Positions 17,092 to 25,872 are shown, counted from the stretch's first letter. The stretch is DNA of 50,268 nucleotides from a virus (IMGVR_UViG_3300031949_000056:1-50268), one strand, 5' to 3'. Numbers and translations are program-made. The notes: generated by a model from the sequence alone, not told the origin.

Positions 17092-17368
17092 ATTCAAGCC
17101 CAAGCCGGACATGTGGGCTACAGATGGGGAATAGTCTTCGGCACGAAAGCCCCGTTGCCCAACGCCTGGAGGTATCGCGAAACGGGAGCTAAGGCGTACC
17201 GTGACAGCCGGGAGAGACCGGCATTGCATAGAACCGAATGACTTGTTGCAAAATATGCAACACCTGAAACGTGAACCGTGAGAGCGTGGGCAAGCCTCTC
17301 GTAGGGCTGAGAAACCGTCGCCACCCCCCGACGGGCCAATCCACGGCGGGGGCTTTGAAAGGAAAAAG

Positions 17369-17644
17369 ATGATTAAAACGACATACGAATGTGATCGTTG
17401 CAAACACGTGCAGAATGATGGCAGAGAAATGCGATTCATCAGTATCTTATGTGAACACGTGGCTTACCCCAACAATAAAGCCGGAGTACACAGAGTGCTA
17501 TGGTGTCGCAAGTGTATGGAACATTTCCGGTTAATTGAGACACCTAGCCCCTGCCCCGTTCAGAAGCCCGAGCCAACCATTGAAGATTTTATCATCGAGA
17601 TCATACGAGAGCAAATGTCACAAATGGAATCGGACCATGCCTGA
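17369..17644 (+). CDS. Zinc-binding hypothetical protein
   Basis: AAGGA RBS; CDRC...CRKC. Confidence 0.7.
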   Translation: MIKTTYECDRCKHVQNDGREMRFISILCEHVAYPNNKAGVHRVLWCRKCMEHFRLIETPSPCPVQKPEPTIEDFIIEIIREQMSQMESDHA

Positions 17645-17843
17645 CGACAAATGGTTGACGACGACGGAGGCGGCGACGTTGTCCGGGATCGGTCAAGGCA
17701 CCCTGCGAAACGATGTTCCGTCCGTGCTCGGTCGCCACAATGTGCGTAAGCGCGATGGAAATTGGGAGTTCCGCGAGGCGGCCATTGTAGCATTAGTAGT
17801 ATTGCGAAATTACAAGAAAAGGAGGACCGATGACAGTGCCTAA
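17637..17843 (+). CDS. Excisionase/HTH_17-like DNA-binding protein
   Basis: WLTTTEAATLSGIGQGTLR...GNWEF. Confidence 0.7.
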   Translation: MPDDKWLTTTEAATLSGIGQGTLRNDVPSVLGRHNVRKRDGNWEFREAAIVALVVLRNYKKRRTDDSA

Positions 17844-18663
17844 ACTACCTCATTACGATTCCGCCGTTGCGTCGCTGACGTTACGGGATGGCGAGACCGA
17901 GGACACGATGGCCGACCGCATCGTCACTCTCGCGGACACGTTTCCGGCGTCGGTGAAAGTGTTCGAGTTATTTGGGCGAAACCTATATGTCTCGCCCAAT
18001 CCTCCATTCCGGCGGCCCGATGGAACGCCGGGTCTGGACTGGAAATATCCCTTTGCCGCGGCGCGAATCATCACGGAGATGCGGCAACGTGGACTGATTG
18101 TGCTCGTCTATATCCACCCGCGCGACCTCGTACGGAACACGTTTAACGGCAACCTCAAAACGTCCATTGCCGAGATCATACGATTCGGCGAAGGTGCGTC
18201 GGGCATCTATTTCGACGGCTGTCCACCGTATGGAATCATGGATACGCATACCGTGGAGTTCATGCTGGCATTGGATGTCGGCTGGTACGCCACGTACAAG
18301 TCTCCGATGTTCTCGTGGGTCCACGCGAGCGGATTTCGCACACCGCCCGTCGGCCTGCTCACAGCGAAGCCCGATGTCGTCTATTTCGGCGAACATAACG
18401 CACATGATTTATCTGCCCAATGGCATGAAGTGCCGGGTCACCCGGAACATCTACAGTTGCACACATTCATGGCTCCGCTGATCGCAACCGGAATCTCGCC
18501 CGCCTGGAAGGCGCCCAATGACGTGGCGACTGATGAAAACGAATTGCCCGTACAAAGAGTAATCGGAGTGATCGGATCATTCCGTGCATGGGTCACGTCG
18601 CTAAGCTCTCGTGCATCATGGTTTACAGAGTTCGCAAAATTGCGGGAATGGTACAGGATATGA
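17830..18663 (+). CDS. Possible glycoside-hydrolase-like TIM barrel protein
   Basis: AGGAGG RBS; RGLIVLVY and GASGIYFDG motifs. Confidence 0.45.
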   Translation: MTVPKLPHYDSAVASLTLRDGETEDTMADRIVTLADTFPASVKVFELFGRNLYVSPNPPFRRPDGTPGLDWKYPFAAARIITEMRQRGLIVLVYIHPRDLVRNTFNGNLKTSIAEIIRFGEGASGIYFDGCPPYGIMDTHTVEFMLALDVGWYATYKSPMFSWVHASGFRTPPVGLLTAKPDVVYFGEHNAHDLSAQWHEVPGHPEHLQLHTFMAPLIATGISPAWKAPNDVATDENELPVQRVIGVIGSFRAWVTSLSSRASWFTEFAKLREWYRI

Positions 18664-18872
18664 GACCGAAACACGTATACAAGATCGGTGATCTCGTCGA
18701 GATACGATGTCGCCGGTCCGATGGACGCGGTAAATGTGAGTGGCGGTCGGGGATGGTCTGCCGCGTGTCCACAATGGATGGAACGTGGCTGACGATTCAT
18801 GTTTATGGCCAATTCGCAACAGAACCGTTACGGCGCCGCCACGTGGATAATGTGAGGCCGATGGCGCCATGA
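18660..18872 (+). CDS. Small SH3/KOW-like protein A
   Basis: YKIGDLVEI...W..G.V..V; ATGA-coupled. Confidence 0.7.
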   Translation: MRPKHVYKIGDLVEIRCRRSDGRGKCEWRSGMVCRVSTMDGTWLTIHVYGQFATEPLRRRHVDNVRPMAP

Positions 18873-19063
18873 AAGCGAGGCGCCAGTATAAGATCGGCGA
18901 ACGCGTTCGCGTTGACGTCTCGAGCGCCGCCGACGCAACGTTGCAATGGGTCAAAGGGACGGTAGTACAGATATCGGCAACAAGTTATCAAGTTTTGGTG
19001 AAGAGACATGACAATGGCAAAACGTGTTACGCTCAACCGGAGCAAGTGAGACCGGCGCGATGA
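18869..19063 (+). CDS. Small SH3/KOW-like protein B
   Basis: YKIGERVRV...WVKGTVVQI...VRP. Confidence 0.7.
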   Translation: MKARRQYKIGERVRVDVSSAADATLQWVKGTVVQISATSYQVLVKRHDNGKTCYAQPEQVRPAR

Positions 19064-19791
19064 CCTGCTACCGCTGTAACGCTTGGCCCTGCACCTGCCC
19101 GGATCGGCAAACGATCATCCACGGCGACTGCCGGGACATATTCCCGCAACTCGAACCCGTAGACCTGGTGCTGACCGACCCGCCGTACGCACACAAACAT
19201 TTGGGTGGCAGAGGGATTTCATCGGGGAAACCACTTTATTGCGATGGAGTATTGCAGAGCATGAGCAATTTTGATCTGTCGTACTACGCATCTGTCTTGT
19301 TGTCAGCTGCGCCCATGCTGATTGCATTTCACTCACGCGATCTGATTCCCGATTACGCGGCGTTGTCTCGTTCGGCTGGGCGCAAGTACGATCTTCACGT
19401 CTGGCACAAGGTCGATGCGATTCCATTTACGCATAACACCTGGAAATCAGACCTCGAATACATCGCTTTGATCTGGAAACGCAAACCGGGATGGGAGAAG
19501 ATGGCACAGTCAGCGTACTCCAAGTTATATAGTACTCCATACAACCGCCAAAAGTACGGCCATCCCGCCGGCAAACCGATTCTCCTTATGAGTAAATATC
19601 TGCGCGTGCTGAAGCCGATGTCCGTCATCGACCCCTTCATGGGCAGCGGCACGACGTTGGTCGCCGCGAAGCTTCTGGGGCGACGCGGGATCGGCATCGA
19701 GATCGAAGAGAAGTATTGCGAAGTCGCCGCGAACCGACTGCGGCAGGAGGTGTTGAATTTGGGAGAGACCCCTTCTTCAGCGCGTGGGTGA
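19060..19791 (+). CDS. Beta-class N6/N4 DNA methyltransferase 1
   Basis: DPPY, HPAGKP, DPFMGSGTT; N-terminal CxxC...CxC. Confidence 0.92.
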   Translation: MTCYRCNAWPCTCPDRQTIIHGDCRDIFPQLEPVDLVLTDPPYAHKHLGGRGISSGKPLYCDGVLQSMSNFDLSYYASVLLSAAPMLIAFHSRDLIPDYAALSRSAGRKYDLHVWHKVDAIPFTHNTWKSDLEYIALIWKRKPGWEKMAQSAYSKLYSTPYNRQKYGHPAGKPILLMSKYLRVLKPMSVIDPFMGSGTTLVAAKLLGRRGIGIEIEEKYCEVAANRLRQEVLNLGETPSSARG

Positions 19792-19855
19792 CGTCACCCA
19801 ACGATCGCACGACATGGTTCAGGGAAATAGCAGACCTGCGAACGAGGTATGGGAT

Positions 19856-20071
19856 ATGAAACCGAAACATACGTACAAAGTGGGCGATCGGGTCGAAGGT
19901 CCGCGATGGCTGTGGCGTGAGGTGAAGTACATATTCGTTCCCGGCACGGTGACGCACGTATCCCCGCAAGGCCGGTGGCTCAGCATCCACTTCGACGGCG
20001 AACCGGATGGACATACGGCGCATTTGCATCCGAACAACGTCAGGTTAATGAACCATGATCCAAAAACATAG
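19856..20071 (+). CDS. Small SH3/KOW-like protein C
   Basis: YKVGDRVEG...GTVTHV...WLSIH...NVR. Confidence 0.7.
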   Translation: MKPKHTYKVGDRVEGPRWLWREVKYIFVPGTVTHVSPQGRWLSIHFDGEPDGHTAHLHPNNVRLMNHDPKT

Positions 20072-20270
20072 CGTAGGTGATACCGTAACGGCGAAGGAAC
20101 TGTTAGGCGATGACGCCGGACGTGTGCGGTGGACAACGGCTACAATCACCCACCTGACGGACAGACTGGTCACCGTGCGCATCAATGACCGTGACCTAGA
20201 TGAGATTGATGTGCGCTACGCCAACCCGTGGAAAGACCAACAAAGTCCTTCTGTCGGAAGAATCAATTGA
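20055..20270 (+). CDS. Small SH3/KOW-like protein D
   Basis: HSVGDTVT...WTTATITHL. Confidence 0.6.
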   Translation: MIQKHSVGDTVTAKELLGDDAGRVRWTTATITHLTDRLVTVRINDRDLDEIDVRYANPWKDQQSPSVGRIN

Positions 20271-21022
20271 CCTGCTACCGCTGTAACGCGTGGCCCTGCA
20301 CCTGCCCGGATCGGCAAACGATCATTCACGGCGATTGCCGGGACATCCTCCCGCAACTCGAACCCGTGGACCTGGTGCTGGCTGATCCGCCCTACGCGAT
20401 CAGTGTTGCCGGCGCGGCCCACGTCGGCCAACATGGGAAAGGACGCCGAAATCTTGATTTCTTCGACGTAGACCACGACTGGACGGCCTGTAGACAAATG
20501 GTTCGCAAATGTATTGCGATGTGTCGCATTACTGATAAGGCGTCGTTCTACGTCTGGTGTGGCCACCGACAGTTTGGTGATCTGGTTGACGATTTTGAAA
20601 GCCGAAGATTTGCGACGCGATTTCTTGTATGGTCCAAGACTAACTGCCCGCCTCCAGCGCCGCGCAGCGGTTGGCCAAGTGGTGCGGAGCTATGCGTATA
20701 CGCATATCGACCAGGACGAAATTGGTCCGAACTTGGACTTCTGTCATCTAATGTTTTAGTCGCTGATAGTTTAAGGCACAGACAACCTTGGAAAACATCG
20801 CACCCAACACAAAAACCATTGGCCGTCATTATCCCGTTAATGCGGGCGTCGCTGCCAGGCAAGGACACCGTCCTCGATCCCTTCCTCGGTTCCGGCACGA
20901 CGTTGGTCGCCGCGAAACTATTGGGCCGACGTGGGATCGGAATCGAGATCGAAGAGAAGTATTGCGAAGTCGCCGCGAACCGACTGCGGCAGGAGGTGTT
21001 GAATCTGGGAGAGACCCCGTGA
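20267..21022 (+). CDS. Beta-class N6/N4 DNA methyltransferase 2 (TTG start)
   Basis: DPPY, HPTQKP, DPFLGSGTT; ends near-identical to MTase 1. Confidence 0.92.
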   Translation: MTCYRCNAWPCTCPDRQTIIHGDCRDILPQLEPVDLVLADPPYAISVAGAAHVGQHGKGRRNLDFFDVDHDWTACRQMVRKCIAMCRITDKASFYVWCGHRQFGDLVDDFESRRFATRFLVWSKTNCPPPAPRSGWPSGAELCVYAYRPGRNWSELGLLSSNVLVADSLRHRQPWKTSHPTQKPLAVIIPLMRASLPGKDTVLDPFLGSGTTLVAAKLLGRRGIGIEIEEKYCEVAANRLRQEVLNLGETP

Positions 21023-21117
21023 CTCCCGACACAAGCAGAGACATCCAGATCTACGCCGTTGGATTCATTGGCGGAGCAATGCTGACCGCCGGGGTGATGC
21101 TGTGGTGGCTAGGATAG
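21019..21117 (+). CDS. Small membrane peptide
   Basis: GTGA-coupled; hydrophobic C-terminal half. Confidence 0.45.
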   Translation: MTPDTSRDIQIYAVGFIGGAMLTAGVMLWWLG

Positions 21118-21295
21118 AGTTGTTACCGCGTAGCACGACACACTTATGAAACACAAGCACTCGCACACTATCCATAACTCAAAAATGCGAAAAGGGTCGG
21201 AACGCAAATGGCGACACCTCGCAAAGAATAAACTGCGCACAGGAAAGGCGAGGCCATCCAAAAAGCCCATACCGAAAGCGCATAGGACCGCACAA

Positions 21296-21634
21296 TCAGG
21301 TAATTGCGGCCTTGACCTTCCGGTGGCTCAAGGCTCGTTCGAGCCAGCGCCGGAACGGGTGAATCCCGATGTCGTCCTTGAAAGCGACGAGACAGAGGCC
21401 GACGCCCAGAATCCAAGATACGATGGAGTCGCCGTCGCCGCCGACCGCGAGTTGCGTATTGAAAGCCACGGCGAGCTTGTCCACGGACGCGTTAAGGGCC
21501 GCGAGGCCGCCGATGACCGGCGTGAGATCGACATCCGCAGTGATCGGAACCTGGACAACGGCGTCCGTGGTGACGGGTATTTTGGCGGCACAGCCGCCGA
21601 GAAGGAACAGGAACGATGAGAGGCAAGGCATCAT
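21296..21634 (-). CDS. Putative lipoprotein with C-terminal TM (unimolecular spanin-like topology)
   Basis: FLFLLGG-C lipobox; IVSWILGVGLCLVAF TM segment. Confidence 0.5.
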   Translation of the reverse strand: MMPCLSSFLFLLGGCAAKIPVTTDAVVQVPITADVDLTPVIGGLAALNASVDKLAVAFNTQLAVGGDGDSIVSWILGVGLCLVAFKDDIGIHPFRRWLERALSHRKVKAAIT

Positions 21635-21988
21635 TTGCCGCACGGTACAACGTGGACTATATGCTCGACCTCGTTGAGGGCGTTTTGCGAGATAGCGCCC
21701 ATCGACGGTATGGCACCGTGGCAAACATGAGGACACTGGCCTATGCGTGGAACGTTTTAATGGGCAACGAACTGAACTGGCCATTGGATTTCATTCCCGA
21801 CGAGGGGCCGGTCCCTACAGAGCCGCCCGCCAAAGTATCCAAAGCGCAACCCAAATCGACCCGCAAACGAGCACGACGAGTAGCCAGCTAAATGTCCCGT
21901 TGTCGGGGTTGTCGCGCATGTTCCACGCGAAACAGATTTGTAAAGGCGTACTGGCGGGCCTCCATGCCCGCCGTCGCCACGGCAAGGA

Positions 21989-22492
21989 TCACGGTTCCGG
22001 TGGTCCATCGATGGGGCCGACATGCCGAACCGAATCAGCGAAATCAATGTTTCCATCGAAAGCCACGTTCAAATCAGCTCCAAAGTAAAAGTCAGTGCTC
22101 GCCCCTGCGTGGATTTTCGGAGTTCCCGCAATGACTAGATGGCCATTGGCTTTCCCATCTTTAAGAAATGTCATTACGTTCTGATTCTGTTGCTGGTTTT
22201 TGCACCCCACCAGGACCGCAAACGCCAGGCCCGCGAGACAGGCGCGGCCCCAACGTCGGAAACGATCCGGGACATCGGGCGTCAACTTGGTCCACAACAC
22301 GCCATGCTGCCTCGATGCCTCAATAGCCGACTCGACCACGTTGCGCGTGTCCGGCACGAATGAATCGGTGTCGTCGTCGTGCCACGTTTGCGGGGAGCAA
22401 TTACTCCTGACCAATCCCGGTAGGTCCGGGCATATGGACGTAAGTGTTGGTAGCTCGTCCAGGTCTTTACCCGCCATCCGCAACTGACTCAC
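21989..22492 (-). CDS. Membrane protein/lipoprotein with internal lipobox
   Basis: GGAGG RBS and GTG start; LAGLAFAVLVG-C. Confidence 0.55.
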   Translation of the reverse strand: MSQLRMAGKDLDELPTLTSICPDLPGLVRSNCSPQTWHDDDTDSFVPDTRNVVESAIEASRQHGVLWTKLTPDVPDRFRRWGRACLAGLAFAVLVGCKNQQQNQNVMTFLKDGKANGHLVIAGTPKIHAGASTDFYFGADLNVAFDGNIDFADSVRHVGPIDGPPEP

Positions 22493-22587
22493 ACCACACC
22501 TCCTCCCAAAAACGCGAACAGGGCGTCGAGCGCCGGTCTGATCCACGTAAAGAACGCTGAGGCGAAAGCAATAAACGCTGCGAACAT
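22489..22587 (-). CDS. Small hydrophobic peptide (32 aa; not in the ORF track)
   Basis: AAGGA RBS; MFAAFIAFASAFFTWIRPALDALFAFLGGGVV. Confidence 0.5.
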   Translation of the reverse strand: MFAAFIAFASAFFTWIRPALDALFAFLGGGVV

Positions 22588-22602
22588 GAGATTTCCTTTC
22601 TG

Positions 22603-22911
22603 TTAGGCGTTGATTCCGGCCTTCTTGGCGATTGACTCGGTCAATGCCGCTTGGCCCTTCTGGTACGGCATCCACTCACACCATTCTGGTGCCGGAGGTG
22701 ACTCGTCCTCCAAAGAAAACGGATCAACAATAGGAACGGAATGGAGAACAACATCCTCATTTTCGGAAAACATTTTTGCAGAGACCAAGTATTGGTCTTT
22801 GTTTTCCGTCGGGAATGCTCGAATAATGATTCCGGGAAACACGTCGTCTATCGCGCCAGCCCTGTGACACAACACGACCCGTCCGATCGTCGGGACAATA
22901 CTGCTTTTCAT
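22603..22911 (-). CDS. Phage hypothetical protein
   Basis: AAGGA RBS; PTIGRVV...WMPYQKGQA. Confidence 0.75.
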   Translation of the reverse strand: MKSSIVPTIGRVVLCHRAGAIDDVFPGIIIRAFPTENKDQYLVSAKMFSENEDVVLHSVPIVDPFSLEDESPPAPEWCEWMPYQKGQAALTESIAKKAGINA

Positions 22912-22957
22912 GAGATTCCTTTCAAAAGAGTCATCGACAAGACGTCGACAACTGAAC

Positions 22958-23031
22958 TAGCGGGCCGGGGAATCGAACCCCGCTGTCGCGGTTATGGGCC
23001 GCGTCTCTGCGCTCCAGCCGAGTCGCCCGCA
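22958..23031 (-). tRNA. tRNA-like gene, anticodon CAU (Met/fMet or Ile2), non-canonical
   Basis: Acceptor TGCGGGC/GCCCGCT, anticodon arm CGCGG-CCCATAA-CCGCG, T arm CGGGG-TTCGATT-CCCCG; no encoded CCA. Confidence 0.7.
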
Positions 23032-23426
23032 TCATGGTTTCGAGTCGCGGTTTGCTGCTGCTGCAACATGATGTTCAGCGTCGTGTCGAGCGCTACGATT
23101 TTCTCGCGCAACCCTGCTATGCCCTCGGTCAGGGCTGCTATCTCGGCACGGGCGGGCAAAATAGCGATCCGCTCTCGCAGGGCTGCGATGTCTTTTTGCA
23201 TCTCATTGTGGGTGACATCGGCAATCCCCTTTTCCGTCACTAGCGTAGATCGCCATTCCCGATCGCTGCTGATGTTCTGTATCACGGCGAACCCGGCAGC
23301 CGCCAGGGCCAGGGTGACCATAACCGCCAGCGCGGGAAGGTTTTTTGCTGCGATTTCCGCCGTGGCCATCTTCAACCCTTCGGAGATTCCAAATAGTTCA
23401 ATCGTGCCCGCCTCGGCCATATCCAC
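22992..23426 (-). CDS. Single-TM coiled-coil protein (holin or i-spanin-like)
   Basis: LAVMVTLALAAAGFAVI TM followed by heptad repeats. Confidence 0.6.
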   Translation of the reverse strand: MDMAEAGTIELFGISEGLKMATAEIAAKNLPALAVMVTLALAAAGFAVIQNISSDREWRSTLVTEKGIADVTHNEMQKDIAALRERIAILPARAEIAALTEGIAGLREKIVALDTTLNIMLQQQQTATRNHDAGDSAGAQRRGP

Positions 23427-23941
23427 GCGAATCCCGCCAGCAACAGCGAGATCCCATGGGGTTCAGGCAGGACGACTCCCGTCAACTGTCCGTCCCACAG
23501 ATTCGCACAAGACGGCGACAGCACGATCGTCGGAATGCCCCCGACCTCGTCCACCAGGCGCAACCATTGCGTCGTATCGAGTCCGACCGTGCCGAACAAC
23601 ACCGACTGGTCCGCCGGCAGAACGATCCCCGGCTCATCGTCGAACGGAGCCGCCCAAATCCACGCGGCATCGCCGTCCGACAGATTCGCGTTCGGACCGG
23701 CCCCAGGGAATCCAACCATCGACGAGTCCAACGGCGTACTGACGTGCCGGATGGTTCCCCTGTTCTCGTACTCGATGGCCAACTGGACACCGATCAGAAC
23801 GATCTGGTCCGTATCCGAGGTCAGCAGGATGTCCGCCTGATGGCCGGGCTGAGGAACGAAATCAACGTGGATTTGCGCGGCCCCGGCTTGCAGGGCCACC
23901 GAGAACATGAATCCGATTAACCATTTGAACATGCAAACCAC
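23372..23941 (-). CDS. PEP-CTERM sorted surface protein
   Basis: N-terminal signal peptide; C-terminal LPEPHG + hydrophobic helix + RRAR. Confidence 0.75.
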   Translation of the reverse strand: MVCMFKWLIGFMFSVALQAGAAQIHVDFVPQPGHQADILLTSDTDQIVLIGVQLAIEYENRGTIRHVSTPLDSSMVGFPGAGPNANLSDGDAAWIWAAPFDDEPGIVLPADQSVLFGTVGLDTTQWLRLVDEVGGIPTIVLSPSCANLWDGQLTGVVLPEPHGISLLLAGFAWIWPRRARLNYLESPKG

Positions 23942-23956
23942 CTTTCTTGAAAGCCT

Positions 23957-23997
23957 GCCCGGTCGCGGGTAAGGAATCGTTAACCCCGCGACCGGGC
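23957..23997. terminator. 13-bp-stem hairpin between the fibre gene and the PEP-CTERM gene
   Basis: GCCCGGTCGCGGG / CCCGCGACCGGGC. Confidence 0.5.
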
Positions 23998-24020
23998 CAG
24001 ACGACCGCCACGGTCTAATC

Positions 24021-25343
24021 TTAACCCGCGTATCCTACCCGCGTTCGCAGGAAAGGTCCACCCACATGAACAACTCGTTCCGCCGTCACCGCCAACCGTT
24101 TCAGCCAAACGACCGTGCGGTACAAATAACGTCCGTCATCGGTGCTCATCGTCACCGTAGCGTTTTGCATCGTGGGCGTCGCGTTATCCATCGTCCATGT
24201 GTGCGTGTGCGAATCCGTTGCCGTGTTGATGACCAGATTGACCGCCCCGGCGGCGACGAGTCCGACACCAATATAAGAGCTATGTTGTGCCCCGTGCGTA
24301 TGAGCTCCATGTGTGTGCCCGTGTGGCTGCGTGGTGTGCGTGTGCGTGTTGTTGCCGCCGGTCCCGCCGGCGCTGCCCACTGTTTTGGTGATTCGCGCCT
24401 GGCGGTTGCGGCAGTCCAGCGTCCCGGCCGTACCGTCGCAGAGCAGCCAGTCAGCGGGAAATCCTGATTCGGAAATATCCGCCACGTACGGACAAATCAC
24501 CCCATCGGGCGTCGCCGCCGCTCCGCTCGTGTTTTGAATGCCGACGAGGTCGATGTACGCGGGCAGCGATGAGACCGCGTCCACGGTGACCGCATCCGAT
24601 GAGACATCGTCGATCCCCGACCCGGTCGAATTGAACGAGACGACATGATGAGTCGTCCCGCGAGCCGATATTGCTCCAGCCAGACACAGCTCACTCGATG
24701 AAGTGCCGCAGATCGTTGCCGCATGAACGTGATCATCGTCATTATGGGTATGGGCCGGCGAGGAATGCGTATGAGTGGTAGCACCGCCCGTTCCCCCGCC
24801 GTCACCCCCGGATGTTGCCGGACCGATGACGAATTTTCCGTCGTAGTCCGTCGTTCCACCGAGGCCGTCCGTGATGTGAAATCCGGTCGGCGCCGCCGCG
24901 TCGGCGAAACAAATGGCGTCGTCGGGGATGTCCTGTCCGGCGTCGTTTGGAGCGATAACGATCATGCGCACGAACGGCGGCTGCATCGCGGCGGCGGTGA
25001 CCGTGATCGTCGTGGACTGATAGGTGATGGTTGCCGCGGCACTCGTTTTCGTGCTGTGCGCATGCGCACGGCGCGAGACCTTTATGCCGCCGACGTCGGC
25101 GAAAAAAGACACTCCCGCAGCGCTGGCTGAATAGAACTCATGCGCATGCGCGTTCCCGGTATGCGTATGTGAGGCCGCCGTATGCCCGTGAGTCGCCGCC
25201 CCGCCATTGGCAGACCCGGCGAACGTCGCGTCGGACCCTTGCAGGAAGCGATCGGTGAACGCCGTATCCTCCGTCCACCCGGAGGGAATGGATGCGTGGG
25301 TCCCCGGCCAGAAAGCGCGAATGCTGGTACTGCTGACGCCCAC
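24021..25343 (-). CDS. Tail fibre with three collar-like, HxH-rich modules
   Basis: IPSGW, APTGF and FPADWLLCDGT collar motifs, each followed by GG..THxH..HTH. Confidence 0.75.
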   Translation of the reverse strand: MGVSSTSIRAFWPGTHASIPSGWTEDTAFTDRFLQGSDATFAGSANGGAATHGHTAASHTHTGNAHAHEFYSASAAGVSFFADVGGIKVSRRAHAHSTKTSAAATITYQSTTITVTAAAMQPPFVRMIVIAPNDAGQDIPDDAICFADAAAPTGFHITDGLGGTTDYDGKFVIGPATSGGDGGGTGGATTHTHSSPAHTHNDDDHVHAATICGTSSSELCLAGAISARGTTHHVVSFNSTGSGIDDVSSDAVTVDAVSSLPAYIDLVGIQNTSGAAATPDGVICPYVADISESGFPADWLLCDGTAGTLDCRNRQARITKTVGSAGGTGGNNTHTHTTQPHGHTHGAHTHGAQHSSYIGVGLVAAGAVNLVINTATDSHTHTWTMDNATPTMQNATVTMSTDDGRYLYRTVVWLKRLAVTAERVVHVGGPFLRTRVGYAG

Positions 25344-25346
25344 CCT

Positions 25347-25598
25347 TTAGTCGCCGAAAGATTGTGCCGTTCGGTTCACCCACGAACACAGAACGTTGGT
25401 CGCGGCCGCCAACGCACCCAGGAGCATCATCAGCCCATTAGGGCCGCTGAAATGGGTATGAGAAAAACTGCTTGGCTCGCCTTCCGGGGCCGGGCGACGA
25501 TCACCGACCACGGCAAAATTGACCACGTCCACCAGCGTGATCTTGCTCGGTCTCTGCTCTCGCTCCGCGTCGGTTTCCGCCTCGATGGTAATCTTCAT
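25347..25598 (-). CDS. Hypothetical protein
   Basis: ATGA-coupled ORF. Confidence 0.6.
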   Translation of the reverse strand: MKITIEAETDAEREQRPSKITLVDVVNFAVVGDRRPAPEGEPSSFSHTHFSGPNGLMMLLGALAAATNVLCSWVNRTAQSFGD

Positions 25599-25861
25599 GG
25601 CGTCACCGTCGAATTGACGTAGTCGATCGCCGTCTGAAGAGTGCTTCGGACCTTTTCGCGGATCAGCCCCAAGCTCTGCGCATCGCCCAGTGCAACCCTC
25701 AGTTCCGGATCACTGATGGTCCCTGCCAACGGCGGGTAGCGGTCGTAGAGTCCGATCAGGTTCCTGGCGTCGATAAACGCATCCTGTACGTCGATCAGCT
25801 TCGGGCCAAAGCCGACGAAAAACGATTCGACTCGATCACGTTGTCCCTGAGTTAATGGCAT
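25595..25861 (-). CDS. Hypothetical protein
   Basis: AAGGAG RBS. Confidence 0.7.
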   Translation of the reverse strand: MPLTQGQRDRVESFFVGFGPKLIDVQDAFIDARNLIGLYDRYPPLAGTISDPELRVALGDAQSLGLIREKVRSTLQTAIDYVNSTVTP

Positions 25862-25872
25862 AGTTCTACTCC

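Noticed and set aside
21146-21891. Plus-strand ORFs 21146-21619 and 21616-21891
   Set aside because: The first overlaps a better minus-strand lipoprotein gene; the second is plausible but unsupported at the strand-convergence zone
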